A stretch of 64,000 bases of DNA from Acidimicrobiales bacterium (GTDB lineage Bacteria; Actinomycetota; Acidimicrobiia; Acidimicrobiales; Acidimicrobilacustridaceae), in assembly GCA_018401565.1 (NCBI GenBank), contig JAGYKS010000021.1, forward strand, positions 29,307 to 93,306, written 5' to 3'. Each line of letters opens with the position of its first letter. The stretch's first letter is position 1. The translations under genes were made by a program, and so were the position numbers. Shown piece by piece: positions 8,309-17,327 of this stretch. Below the pieces are notes generated by a model. It saw nothing but the letters and a program-made list of their open reading frames with translations. It did no database searches and was not told the origin of the DNA.

Positions 8309-9001
8309 GTGAGTCTCAACCGGTGGGAACGCATTTCAGCGCAGTTTTTCGAAACTGATGCGGATCGTCCGGTCGGCGAACGCCTGTGCGCTCTGGCCTG
8401 CATGGTGCTCAACACCCACTGTGCATCAGTGGGGCTGTTGAGTGGCAACCATCTCATCCCCGTTGCTGCCACCGATGACATCACCCAGGTTCTCAGCGAC
8501 CAGCAGTTCACGCTCGGTGACGGACCGGTGTTCGAAGCCGCCCGGGCAGACACTCCCATTGTGGTCGCCGACCTGAGCAGCGCTGAAGCCGGATCAAGGT
8601 GGCCGGCGTTCGCTCCAGTGGCAACTGAATTGGGGGCCCAAGCCGCATTCGCCTTCCCGCTGCGGGTTGGTGCAGCACATCTGGGGGTGATGGCTGCCTA
8701 CCACCACTCCCCTGTGATCCCGACCCCCGATGCTGTGGCCGATGCCATGGTGCTTGCCACCTTTGCCGCTGACGTGATGATCGCAATCCAGGCCGGCGAA
8801 GGGCAGCTCAGCGAGGTGCTCGCATCCAATTTCTCCACCGGCAGCGAGGTTCATCAGGCCGCCGGCATGGTGAGTGAACAGCTCGGCATCTCCATCGTGG
8901 AGGCCCTGGTTCGACTGCGTTCGTATTCCTATGCCTCGGGTAGGCCCCTCAGCGCCGTTGCCCGTAGTGTCGCCCAAGGCCACCTGTTTCTGGATCCCTA
9001 G
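8309..9001 (+). CDS. GAF-ANTAR RNA-binding antiterminator-type regulator
   Basis: 230 aa. The N-terminal half is GAF-like. The C-terminal VHQAAGMVSEQLGISIVEALVRLRSYSYASGRPLSAVARSV is an ANTAR three-helix motif. Confidence 0.8.
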   Translation: MSLNRWERISAQFFETDADRPVGERLCALACMVLNTHCASVGLLSGNHLIPVAATDDITQVLSDQQFTLGDGPVFEAARADTPIVVADLSSAEAGSRWPAFAPVATELGAQAAFAFPLRVGAAHLGVMAAYHHSPVIPTPDAVADAMVLATFAADVMIAIQAGEGQLSEVLASNFSTGSEVHQAAGMVSEQLGISIVEALVRLRSYSYASGRPLSAVARSVAQGHLFLDP

Positions 9002-9009
9002 GAGCGCTC

Positions 9010-10170
9010 GTGTCAGATTCCCCACGTCCAGAATCACCCGTGCCAGAGCCGGCACCCGCCGACGTTGCCGCCGCCCTGATCGAGTTGGCCAACGCCACGG
9101 TCGCCAGCGACGACACCGTGGGACTGTTCACGCTGCTGTCCAACCGTGCCGTAGAGCTTCTCGGCATCGACGCCGCCGGCGTCCTGCTGGTGGGTCCCAC
9201 CGGAAACCTCATGGCCATCGGGTCGTCGAGCCACACCGCCCACCTGCTGGACCTGTTTCAGATCCAGACCGAGCAGGGCCCCTGCCTGCAGTGCTGTTCG
9301 ACTGGCGAGCCGGTGGTTGACACCGACCTCGGCGATGACGGCCCCTGGCCGCTGTTCGCCCAAGCCGCCCGCGAGTGGGGTTACCGGGCTGTGTACGCCC
9401 TGCCCCTGACAGCCCGCGGACAGGCGTTGGGCGCGCTCAACTTGTTCACCACCACCCCGCTGTCCACTGGCGCCATCGCATTGGGTCAGGCCCTCGCCGA
9501 CATCGCCACCCTGGGGCTGATTCAGGCCGATCCCGGCCACGACGCCGAGGTCGTGGCCAGAGCGCTTCACCGGGCCATGGAGTCACGCATCTCCGTTGAA
9601 CAGGCAAAGGGCGTGCTGGCAGTGCGATTCGGCGAGGACGCTGACGCTGCGTTCAACCGCATGTTGGCAGCGGCCACCGCAACCGGCGTGACGGTCGGCT
9701 CCCTGGCGGCATCGGTGGTCAACCGCACCACCGATACCGCAGCCGACCAGGCCCTGTCGGCGTTATCAGTCCGACTCGACCACGACGCCGCGCCAAAAGG
9801 CGTAACGGCCAGCGATGGCATCGGCGGCCTCCTTTGGCTCGGGGTACCACCACGCCGCATCGGTGGCCTCCACACCGTCGACCACCACGGTGGCGTAGCT
9901 GGCCGTTCCCTTCCAACCACACACCGTGGTGGTGTCGGTAGGGCGCAGGTAGGCCATGTCCACCGAGTCGGCAGGGAAGTAGTGATTGCCCTCCACCACC
10001 TCGGTGTGGTCGCTGTCAGCAATGACGGTTCCGTTGAACATCGCTCGTGCCATGTCAGGCATAACCCCGATGACTCCGCCGTCATTCCCCCCCGACACGG
10101 AGGCTTGCCCCACGAAGGCTTGCCGAAGGCGGGCGTGCCCAGCGAGCGCAGGCGCCGCCTATGGGTCTGA
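9010..10170 (+). CDS. Second GAF-ANTAR regulator (conserved part about 9010-9730; the ORF runs on to 10170 antisense through the DUF427 gene)
   Basis: GAF-like ...GPCLQCCSTGEPVVDTDL...YRAVYALPLTARGQALGALNLF, then ANTAR SRISVEQAKGVLAVRFGEDADAAFNRMLAAATATGVTVGSLAASVV. There is no in-frame stop until 10168-10170, so about 130 extra residues lie opposite a well-supported convergent gene. Confidence 0.7.
   Translation: MSDSPRPESPVPEPAPADVAAALIELANATVASDDTVGLFTLLSNRAVELLGIDAAGVLLVGPTGNLMAIGSSSHTAHLLDLFQIQTEQGPCLQCCSTGEPVVDTDLGDDGPWPLFAQAAREWGYRAVYALPLTARGQALGALNLFTTTPLSTGAIALGQALADIATLGLIQADPGHDAEVVARALHRAMESRISVEQAKGVLAVRFGEDADAAFNRMLAAATATGVTVGSLAASVVNRTTDTAADQALSALSVRLDHDAAPKGVTASDGIGGLLWLGVPPRRIGGLHTVDHHGGVAGRSLPTTHRGGVGRAQVGHVHRVGREVVIALHHLGVVAVSNDGSVEHRSCHVRHNPDDSAVIPPRHGGLPHEGLPKAGVPSERRRRLWV
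9766..10053 (-). CDS. DUF427 domain protein
   Basis: MARAMFNGTVIADSDHTEVVEGNHYFPADSV...VCGWKGTASYATVVVDGVEATDAAWWYPEPKEAADAIAGRYAFW matches the characteristic DUF427 pattern (NG..iA.S...vEGN.YFP, C.WKG.A.Y, aW.Y.eP...a..i.g..aFw). The start is taken at the MARAMF methionine. Confidence 0.8.
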   Translation of the reverse strand: MARAMFNGTVIADSDHTEVVEGNHYFPADSVDMAYLRPTDTTTVCGWKGTASYATVVVDGVEATDAAWWYPEPKEAADAIAGRYAFWRGVVVESD

Positions 10171-10210
10171 GTCGGCGGCTCCGGGCTCTGACGACTCCCG
10201 GCTGCCGGTC

Positions 10211-11914
10211 TCATCCATCGACAGCGTCGTCGTCGCTGCGACGTCGCTGCAATGCGCCCCGGATGGTTCTGCGTCGCGCCCTGCGCTCGGCGTCGCGCTC
10301 GGCCCGGTCAGCCTGACGCTCCACCTCGTCGGCCACCTTGCGCACCTTGCGATCGGCCTCGACGCCCACACGCTGCATTTTGCGTTCGGCCTCGGCCAGC
10401 ACCGCGGCCACCTGTCGCCGGGACTCGGCTTCGATGGCTTCCACCTTGTGCCGGGCTTCAGCCTCCACCTCGACGATGCGCACCTCCACCTCGGCATCCA
10501 CCTCGGCGGCCTTGTCGGCGGCCTCGTCTTCGAGCTGGTGGAGTCGGCGGGCAGCATCGATGTCGGCCAACAACCCCACCTGCAGCTCATGGTCGATGTC
10601 GGCGGCCAACACTGCGTCGGTGATGGCCTCGATCTGACCGGTGGGATCGTTCACGAATTCGTCGCCCACCATACCGGCCATCAGCTCGGCTCCCGGCTCC
10701 CCCACCAACTCGCGGGATCTGGTCACCGCCCGCTGCTGACGCTCGGTGCGGCGGGTTGCCAGAAGCTCCTGGCGGTCACGCAGGTGGTGGCGGGCGCTGC
10801 GTGTGCGAGCGGGCTGGTCGGGGGCGGCCGACGGGCGCAGGGTCCACAACGGCACCGTCCCGATGTCCTTGATGGGCTGACTGCGAATGGAGCGCAGGGT
10901 CATGGTCGGTTCGTCGACGAGGGCCTCAGCCACTTCGGCCGACACCACCACCGACCCGGGGAAGGCCACCACCACAATGCGGTTGGCCAGGTTCACCACC
11001 GGCCCGTACACGTCGCCCTCGCGTTCGAGCACGCTCCCGGCGGCAAGTCCCACACGAACGTCCGACAACGCCTCGTCGTCGCCGTAGGCCTCCGACAATG
11101 CCAGGGCGATACGGGCCCCGGTGTCGATCTCGTCGGCCACGAAGAACACCTCGTCGCCGATCATCTTCACCACCCGGCCGCCGTGGCGAGACACCACGTC
11201 GTAGGCCAGCTTCTCGAACCGCTCCACCACCTCGGCCAACTCGCGGGCGGTGAGCTGCTGGGTGTGGGCGGTGAATCCGACCAGGTCGGCGAAACCCACA
11301 CACATGGTCACCACGTCGGATCCGAACCGAAGGAGTCGACGCTTGGCGGCAGCCACCAGATGCCGTCGCCACACGAACTCCAGCACATCGGGCATCGCCC
11401 CCAGCAACGCCGCAGTCTCCAGTGCCATGTTGCGGCTGATCTCGGCCATCTCGGGGGTGCGGACCGTATGCGGGGTCAGACCCTGGGCGTCGGCCGAGGC
11501 GTCGAACTGGGCCACGATGGCGTCAATTTGGGCGTTGGCCACCTTGGACAACGCCGAGCCGGTGACCCGGGTCATTTGCAGCGTGAGGTCCGAGTCCAGA
11601 CCGTCCTCACCCAAAAACGGGATCACCCCGGCCAGCATGGTGAGGTCGGAATCGCTGAATACCTCTTCGCCCGGTCGCGGTTCGGTGAACCCCAGCGAGC
11701 GCCACAGCATCCGCAGGCGGGTCGGCTCAATGCCGGCAACCTCGGCGAGCCCGTCGATGTCGTAACGACGGCCGCTACCGGCAAACGCCCGGGCCAGCGA
11801 CACCAGAGCAAGCTCGCTGGTGGTGCTGGCCTCGGCCAGGTCGGCCGGGGTGAGATGCCACAGCGCCAGCGACTCTTCGGTACCGAGTTCGGGAAGGTCA
11901 CCCAGGTCGCTCAC
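10211..11914 (-). CDS. Class III adenylate/guanylate cyclase with N-terminal regulatory domain and about 200-aa C-terminal coiled-coil extension
   Basis: The catalytic core is MCVGFADLVGFTAHTQQL...GGRVVKMIGDEVFFVADE...VRVGLAAGSVLEREGDVYGPVVNLANRI. The GTG start at 11912-11914 is preceded by GGGGAGGG. The tail AEVDAEVEVRIVEVEAEARHKVEAIEAESRRQVAAVLAEAERKMQRVGVEADRKVRKVADEVERQADRAERDAERRARRR is E/A/R-rich heptad-like. Confidence 0.85.
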   Translation of the reverse strand: MSDLGDLPELGTEESLALWHLTPADLAEASTTSELALVSLARAFAGSGRRYDIDGLAEVAGIEPTRLRMLWRSLGFTEPRPGEEVFSDSDLTMLAGVIPFLGEDGLDSDLTLQMTRVTGSALSKVANAQIDAIVAQFDASADAQGLTPHTVRTPEMAEISRNMALETAALLGAMPDVLEFVWRRHLVAAAKRRLLRFGSDVVTMCVGFADLVGFTAHTQQLTARELAEVVERFEKLAYDVVSRHGGRVVKMIGDEVFFVADEIDTGARIALALSEAYGDDEALSDVRVGLAAGSVLEREGDVYGPVVNLANRIVVVAFPGSVVVSAEVAEALVDEPTMTLRSIRSQPIKDIGTVPLWTLRPSAAPDQPARTRSARHHLRDRQELLATRRTERQQRAVTRSRELVGEPGAELMAGMVGDEFVNDPTGQIEAITDAVLAADIDHELQVGLLADIDAARRLHQLEDEAADKAAEVDAEVEVRIVEVEAEARHKVEAIEAESRRQVAAVLAEAERKMQRVGVEADRKVRKVADEVERQADRAERDAERRARRRTIRGALQRRRSDDDAVDG

Positions 11915-12031
11915 AGGAACCCTCCCCCATCGGCGTCGGGAGGTCCGGCGTCGGGAGGTCCGGCGTCGTCGCCAGGAGGCAGATCGCCAAGCAACGCCTC
12001 CCCGCTGAACCCGCTGCCGGTCCAGGCGGCG

Positions 12032-13595
12032 TCAAGTCCCTGGAGCGCGAAGCCGGACGCCACCCACGCCGGCAGCCGGCTCGATCTCCCACAAAAGAGC
12101 GGCCCGGTGGCCGTGCCACCGCACGGCGTACCCGAGGGTCCCGACCGAGGTGGGCAGTCCGTGGACCTCCCACGACTGGCCCAGCCATGACGACGGCACC
12201 ACCGGTGCCAGCACGAGCTCGCTGATGCCAGATCCACTTGCGTCCGACCCACCGGCGTCGGTCCTGCCGGATTCGTCCGCACCTTGATGCAGGCCCGGCA
12301 CGTGCACCGCGGGCCTGTCCAACACCAGCAGGTCCCGCACCGCCAGCAGGAACTCGGCGGTGGCCACCGGGTCGTGGCCGGTGCCCCGCACCCCGCCGCC
12401 GTGCACCGGGTGGGCCACCTCGGGCCAGGTGACCCCGGGCGTTGCCGCACCGGCCAACCAACGCAGCCGGTCGATCGCCGACGCCTCGCCCCTGACCAAC
12501 TCCACCCGGGCGAGCCGTGCGGTGAGCGCCGCCGAAACCCCGACGTTCCCGACCTGCTCGAACACGCCGCCATCGACCACATGGCGTTGGCGCAGGAGGT
12601 CGAGCGTGGCGTCCACCCGGGGATCATGGGCATCGATCACACCCAGCAACACGGCGTCCAACATCCCCACAATCCCCCCGTCGAGTGATCGGCCCGGACC
12701 GGCGGGCACCACCGACACCCCCAACCGGGCGCAGTCGGCATCCATGGACGCCTCCAACGCCAACCCGAGTTGGGCGGCGAACCGCCGGGCGTCGGCGGCG
12801 GCCTCTGGCTGGTCAATGGCATCGAGCATGGCGGCGGCATCAATAAGGCCTCGCAGCGACCACCACGAGTCGTGATAGGTCACCCCATCACCCCCGATCC
12901 AGCGCGGCGCATCACCCTCGGGCATCAGGCCAACGGCAGGATGGATCGATGCGATGCCGACGGCCCGACGCCCGACGGTCGATCCAGTTGGCGCCCTTGG
13001 CCACCGGTCCGACCAGCTTGGCCACCAGATCGGCGTTGCCGGTGGCCCGCCAATGGTTGCCCAGCGCCACCAGCGCCGCTCCGGTGGCGTCACGGCGACG
13101 GTCATTGCCCAAAAAGCGCCCATCCAGGGCCTGGCGTTCCTCCCAGGTCCCCAGTACATCGGCGGCCTCGTCGCCAAAACCCCAGGCGTCGAGCGCGCCC
13201 AACACCGACACGTGGGCCGGGTAGTCCACCTCGGCGACCGGCCAGATGGTCAGGTCCTCACCGGCGGGCACCAACACGAGATGCCGTCGGGCGGCCGAAG
13301 CCGCCGACATAACCGTGGGGTCGGGAATCTCCAACCGGATGCCCCGGTCGGACTGTGCGCGCCACCCCGTTGACACCTGCTCGGGCGTCGGCACCGGGGC
13401 CGGCGGCGTCGGGGTCACCGGCCGCCGGGCGCGGCGGGTGCGCCATGCCAACTCCGGTGGCGTCATGGGAATGGCCAACCGCAACGCCAGCGTGTGCGGC
13501 AGCGGCAGGATCGCCGCCATCTCTGCTTCACCGGCGGCACACGACAGCGGGGCCTCAAATCCTCCCTCTGCCCCCGACAGCACCTCACCAACCAC
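12032..13595 (-). pseudogene. Conserved hypothetical, (alpha/alpha)6-barrel glycoside-hydrolase-like C-terminal half; reading frame broken near 12975-12990
   Basis: ORF 12912..13595 reads sensibly up to ...VAKGANWIDRR. The sensible sequence then continues in the frame of ORF 12032..13177 (...AVGIASIHPAVGLMPEGDAPRWIGGDGVTYHDSWWSLRGLIDAAAMLD...). The 266-nt overlap of the two ORFs is junk in each alternative frame. The fold assignment is only pattern-based. Confidence 0.45.
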
Positions 13596-13605
13596 CGGCG
13601 GGTCC

Positions 13606-14334
13606 TCAGCCCGACGCCCCGTAGGTACGCCACGGAACCTGCGGCAGGACCACGCCGTGGTGATCGTCGATCACCATCCACGATCCGTCCATGGCCACCG
13701 AACCCACCCGGGCAGCAGCGATGGGGCCCCACGGTCGCACCGCCACGGCCACGGCAACCGCAGCAGCCGTCTTGTTCTCGATCTCCACCACCAACCACGG
13801 TTCGCTGTCGGCGCCCGACACGGCGTACACCCGGTGCACCACGTCACCGCCGCGCACCCGCATGGCCGTCTCCACCACCGGGGCATCACCCACCAGTCGC
13901 TGACGAACGGTGGTCTCGCGCGCCGGCAGGTACCAGCGGTCCTCAGCCCCGACCCACCAGTCCAGCGACCACGAGCCCTCCCACGGGGTCACCAGGCCGC
14001 AGCCATCAACCACCGAGCGCTCCGGCCGAGCCAGGGTCCCCAGCGTCACCCAGTCGCGCTGGGTGCGATTGACCGCCGAAGCACCCCCGCTACCAGCCAC
14101 GAACGACGCCGACGTCGGGTCACACTGGCGTTGCAGCCATCGGGGCAACCCCCACGTCGACGGCACCAGCGGAGCGGCCATGATGCCGGGGACGTCGTCG
14201 GTTGACGACCCCGGGGGCGGTTGCATGACGGCAGGGTCGCCGCCGCTGCGGGGAGCGTCTGACACGAACCCATTGTTCCACGGCCACGCCGTTGCGAACA
14301 GTCCGCCGATGTGGCCGGTTGACGGGCGTTGCAC
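13606..14334 (-). CDS. Hypothetical protein (possibly the N-terminal part of the downstream 12032-13595 gene)
   Basis: 242-aa ORF with coding-like third-position GC (WEGSWSLDWWVGAEDRWYLPARETTVRQRLVGDAPVVETAMRV...). Its stop at 13606-13608 is followed by GAGGA and a GTG at 13595. The next frame is also open upstream of that GTG, so it could be a separate gene or one more frameshift. Confidence 0.45.
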   Translation of the reverse strand: MQRPSTGHIGGLFATAWPWNNGFVSDAPRSGGDPAVMQPPPGSSTDDVPGIMAAPLVPSTWGLPRWLQRQCDPTSASFVAGSGGASAVNRTQRDWVTLGTLARPERSVVDGCGLVTPWEGSWSLDWWVGAEDRWYLPARETTVRQRLVGDAPVVETAMRVRGGDVVHRVYAVSGADSEPWLVVEIENKTAAAVAVAVAVRPWGPIAAARVGSVAMDGSWMVIDDHHGVVLPQVPWRTYGASG

Positions 14335-14340
14335 CCTGAA

Positions 14341-15352
14341 TCAGTCGCCGAGTCCGTGAAGCTCGCTGCGGTGGGGGCGGCCCAGCAGGTTCCGGTAGGC
14401 ATCAACGGCACTGAGCCCTTCGAAACACACGGCATGGACCTGCTCAGCTATGGGCATCTCCACCTGGTAACGGTCCGCCAGTGCCATCACCACCGGAGCC
14501 GACTTCACGCCTTCGGCGACCTGGTCCATGTCGGCGGCCACCTCAGCCAGGGTTCGGCCCCGGCCCAGCTGCTCGCCCACATGACGATTCGCGGCTCTGG
14601 GGGCTCACACAGGTGGCAATGAGGTCACCCATGCCGGCCAACCCGGCAAACGTGAGTGGCTGACCACCCATGGCCACCCCCAGACGGGTGAGCTCGGCCA
14701 GACCCCGGGTGATGATCGCCGAGCGGGTGTTGTCACCAGCCCCGAGGCCATCGGCCATGCCCGAGGCGATGGCCACAACGTTTTTGAGTGCCCCGCCAAG
14801 CTCACACCCCACGATGTCGGGATTGGTGTACACCCTGAACGTGGGAGTGGAAAACACCTCCTGCAGGGCCGAAGCCACGTTGTCGTCGGTCATGGCCAGC
14901 ACCGTGGCCGCCGCCCCCCCGGCCATGATCTCCTTGGCCAGGTTGGGGCCGGTGAGAACCCCCACCGGATGGCCAGGCAACTCGGCGTCGATCAGTTCAC
15001 TCATTCTGGCGCCCGTGTCGCGCTCAAGACCCTTGGTGAGGCTCACCACCGGCACCCACGCCCTCAGATGGGGAGCAACCTGCACCAACGTGTCACGAAA
15101 TGCCGACGATGGCACCCCCATGACCACCACGTCGGCACCGGCCACCGCTTCGCCGAGGTCGGCAGTTGCCCGCAACGACGGGTGAAGTTCGTAGTCGGGG
15201 AGGTAGCGGGCGTTGCGGTGGGCGTCATTGACCGACGCCGCCACCTGCGGGTCACGCGCCCACAACACCGTGGGCACGTTGTGGGCGGCCAGGTGGGCCA
15301 CCGTGGTCCCCCACGACCCTGCTCCCAGCACCGCCACCGTGATCTTCGGCAT
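14341..15352 (-). pseudogene. gpsA: NAD(P)H-dependent glycerol-3-phosphate dehydrogenase GpsA, interrupted by a 1-nt insertion near 14590
   Basis: N-terminal ORF 14543..15352: [17 protein letters not shown]...[39 protein letters not shown]...[15 protein letters not shown], then junk. C-terminal ORF 14341..14580: (NRHV)[34 protein letters not shown]... The reverse strand reads agc cgc G aat cgt cat gtg ggc gag. Deleting the G restores the canonical SRNRxxGxxLGRG. Confidence 0.85.
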
Positions 15353-15445
15353 CGCCGACCCCCAGTCGAACCCCAGTCGAACCCTGACGTGGCACCTGCC
15401 ACGCCCCTACATGTCCAACTCCACCACACCGTAGACTCCGCCGCC

Positions 15446-16117
15446 ATGGACCCGTCGGCCGCTGGTGTGCTTATCCCGGTGAAGGCATTCCGGGACGCCA
15501 AGGTGCGCCTCACCGCCGCCCTGGCCCCCGCACAGCGTTCGGCTTTGGCGCGATCCATGGCCACCGGAGTTGTGGCGGCGGCAGGTGACCTTGCCGTGTG
15601 GGTGGTGTGCGACGACCCCGAGGTGGCCGACTGGGCGTCGTCAGTGGGGGCGTCGGTGTTGTGGATGCCCGAGCGGGGCCTCAACCGGGCCGTCACCGAG
15701 GGAGTTGCCGCGCTGGCTGCCGCCGGAGTGAAGCGGGTGGTGGTGTGCCACGCCGACCTGCCGCATGCCACCACGCTCGACCACGTCACCGGTGCCACCG
15801 ACGGCGACCCCGACGTGATTTTGGTTCCCGACCGCCAGCGCAAGGGCACCAATGTGGTGTCGCTGCCGACGGCCAGCGGATTCCGCTTTGCCTACGGACC
15901 CGGCTCGTTCGAGCGCCATGTGGCCGAGGCCGCCCGACTCGCGCTGAGCGTGACGATCGTCGAGGATCCCTCGTTGGCATGGGACGTGGACGTCCCCGGA
16001 GACCTTCCCACCTCCATCGATCCCCCTGGTGTCGACGCATCACCGGTCGACGCATCACCAGTCGACGCATCACCAGTCGACGCATCGACGAAACCACACG
16101 GGACCGGGACCCCATGA
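15446..16117 (+). CDS. fbiD: Phosphoenolpyruvate/2-phospho-L-lactate guanylyltransferase (F420 biosynthesis, FbiD/CofC)
   Basis: MDPSAAGVLIPVKAFRDAKVRL...VVVCHADLPHATTLDHV...VILVPDRQRKGTNVVSLP...FRFAYGPGSFERH is typical of CofC/FbiD. It is divergent from gpsA, as in mycobacteria (Rv2983/Rv2982c synteny). The C-terminus carries a VDASP repeat. Confidence 0.8.
   Translation: MDPSAAGVLIPVKAFRDAKVRLTAALAPAQRSALARSMATGVVAAAGDLAVWVVCDDPEVADWASSVGASVLWMPERGLNRAVTEGVAALAAAGVKRVVVCHADLPHATTLDHVTGATDGDPDVILVPDRQRKGTNVVSLPTASGFRFAYGPGSFERHVAEAARLALSVTIVEDPSLAWDVDVPGDLPTSIDPPGVDASPVDASPVDASPVDASTKPHGTGTP
16031..16090. repeat. 15-nt in-frame tandem repeat x4 (gtcgacgcatcacc[g/a]) at the 3' end of fbiD
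   Basis: Units at 16031-45, 16046-60, 16061-75 and 16076-90. They encode VDASP VDASP VDASP VDAST. Confidence 0.9.
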
Positions 16118-16890
16118 GCCAGATACTTGGTGGAGCGCCGCTCCCGGGCCCCGACGCCACCAGCAACATCGACACCCCCGAAGTGGTTGTGGCCATCGGG
16201 GCACACCCCGACGACATCGAGTTCCACTGCGGCGCCACGCTGGCACGGTGGGCAATGGCCGGCTCGGTGATTCATCTGGTGGTGTGCACCGACGGCTCAA
16301 AGGGCACCTGGGATGCGGCTGCCGACACCGGCGAGGTTGCCCAGCTTCGCCGCTCGGAGGCCGCCGACGCCGCAAGTGCCCTCGGCGTCACCGGCGAGGT
16401 GATGCTGCTGGGAGCAACCGACGGGGAGCTGGGTCTGGCCACGTCGTCGTCGCAGGAACTGCACGACGGGCTGGTCGGCATCATTCGGCGCCTGCAACCT
16501 GACGTGGTCATCGGGCACGACCCGTGGCGCCGGTACCGCCTGCACCCCGACCACAGGGCGGCGGGCTGGCTGGCCGTGGATGCCTGTGTGGCAGCGCGAG
16601 ACCCCCACTTCCTTGCTGACCGGGGTCGTGCTCACCGGCCATCGTGGTTGCTGCTGTTTGAGGCTGACGAGCCCGACCACGTGGAGCACGCTCCACCCGG
16701 GGCGATGGAGGTGAAGGTGGCCGCCCTGCTGGCCCACCGCAGCCAATGGCGATCCACCATGTTCATCGACGACAACGACGACGGCACCCAACGGGACGCC
16801 TTCATCAACGGCGTCCACCAGGCGGCTGAAGCCGTTGGCGCAGCGAGCACATCGGGTCCCGGCGAGTCGTTCAAACGGCTGGCGCTGTGA
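16114..16890 (+). CDS. PIG-L/LmbE family N-acetylglucosaminyl deacetylase
   Basis: VVVAIGAHPDDIEFHCGATLARW...VVCTDGSKG...HDPWRRYRLHPDHRAAG carries the AHPDD and HPDH motifs. Its ATG at 16114 overlaps the fbiD stop (ATGA). Confidence 0.8.
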   Translation: MSQILGGAPLPGPDATSNIDTPEVVVAIGAHPDDIEFHCGATLARWAMAGSVIHLVVCTDGSKGTWDAAADTGEVAQLRRSEAADAASALGVTGEVMLLGATDGELGLATSSSQELHDGLVGIIRRLQPDVVIGHDPWRRYRLHPDHRAAGWLAVDACVAARDPHFLADRGRAHRPSWLLLFEADEPDHVEHAPPGAMEVKVAALLAHRSQWRSTMFIDDNDDGTQRDAFINGVHQAAEAVGAASTSGPGESFKRLAL

Positions 16891-16936
16891 GCAATCGGAC
16901 AGCGCTGTGAGCAGGCGGCTGGCGCTGTGAGCTTGT
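16877..16936. repeat. Three tandem 20-bp repeats, each containing GCGCTGTGAGC, spanning the stop of the PIG-L gene and the start of the next ORF
   Basis: The units are ggctggcgctgtgagcaatc, ggacagcgctgtgagcaggc and ggctggcgctgtgagcttgt. The TGA at 16888-90 (unit 1) is the upstream stop. The GTG at 16927-29 (unit 3) is the downstream start. Confidence 0.85.
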
Positions 16937-17184
16937 TGCCCGACGGAGAGCACGACGCATTTGTCATCGACGCCACTGCCCACACGGTTGCCGGTGCCGA
17001 CACCACCGTTGAGGGGTCCGGACGCTTGTGGGTGCTTGAGTTGACCATCGTGTCGGGCCCCCACAAGGGCGAGGTGGTGACGGTGCACGCCTCACAACTC
17101 GACGGCGACGAGTTCGACCTGATGGGCATGCCGGCCTCGCTCACGGTGATCGACGGCAACCCCACCGTGCGGATCGACCGCTGA
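16927..17184 (+). CDS. Small hypothetical protein (85 aa)
   Basis: Coding-like codon usage (GC3-rich) and an acidic sequence ...LELTIVSGPHKGEVVTVHASQLDGDEFDLMGMPASLTVIDGNPTVRIDR. No recognised family. Confidence 0.5.
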   Translation: MSLLPDGEHDAFVIDATAHTVAGADTTVEGSGRLWVLELTIVSGPHKGEVVTVHASQLDGDEFDLMGMPASLTVIDGNPTVRIDR

Positions 17185-17327
17185 AACGGCTCACCGGCCA
17201 CAACGCCTTCCAGTGCGGCGATCAGGACCCGCCAACGCTGCGACCAGGTCAGGGCGCAGCGGGGATCCGGCCACGACAACCGCAGTAGCACCGTGGCACA
17301 ATGGTCCTTCCACCGGAGGGACCATCA

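Noticed and set aside
9986-12190. 734-aa plus-strand ORF, the longest ORF in this part of the window
   Set aside because: It is entirely antisense to the well-supported adenylate cyclase gene and the DUF427 gene. Its sequence is low-information and G/H/L/V/R-rich with no motifs. It is a typical shadow ORF of high-GC DNA.
13596-13605. Treating 13606-14334 and 12912-13595 as definitely one frameshifted gene
   Set aside because: The downstream GTG at 13595 is preceded by a reasonable GAGGA at the right distance, so two separate genes remain possible. I kept them as separate features and flagged only the 12975-12990 break as a likely frameshift.
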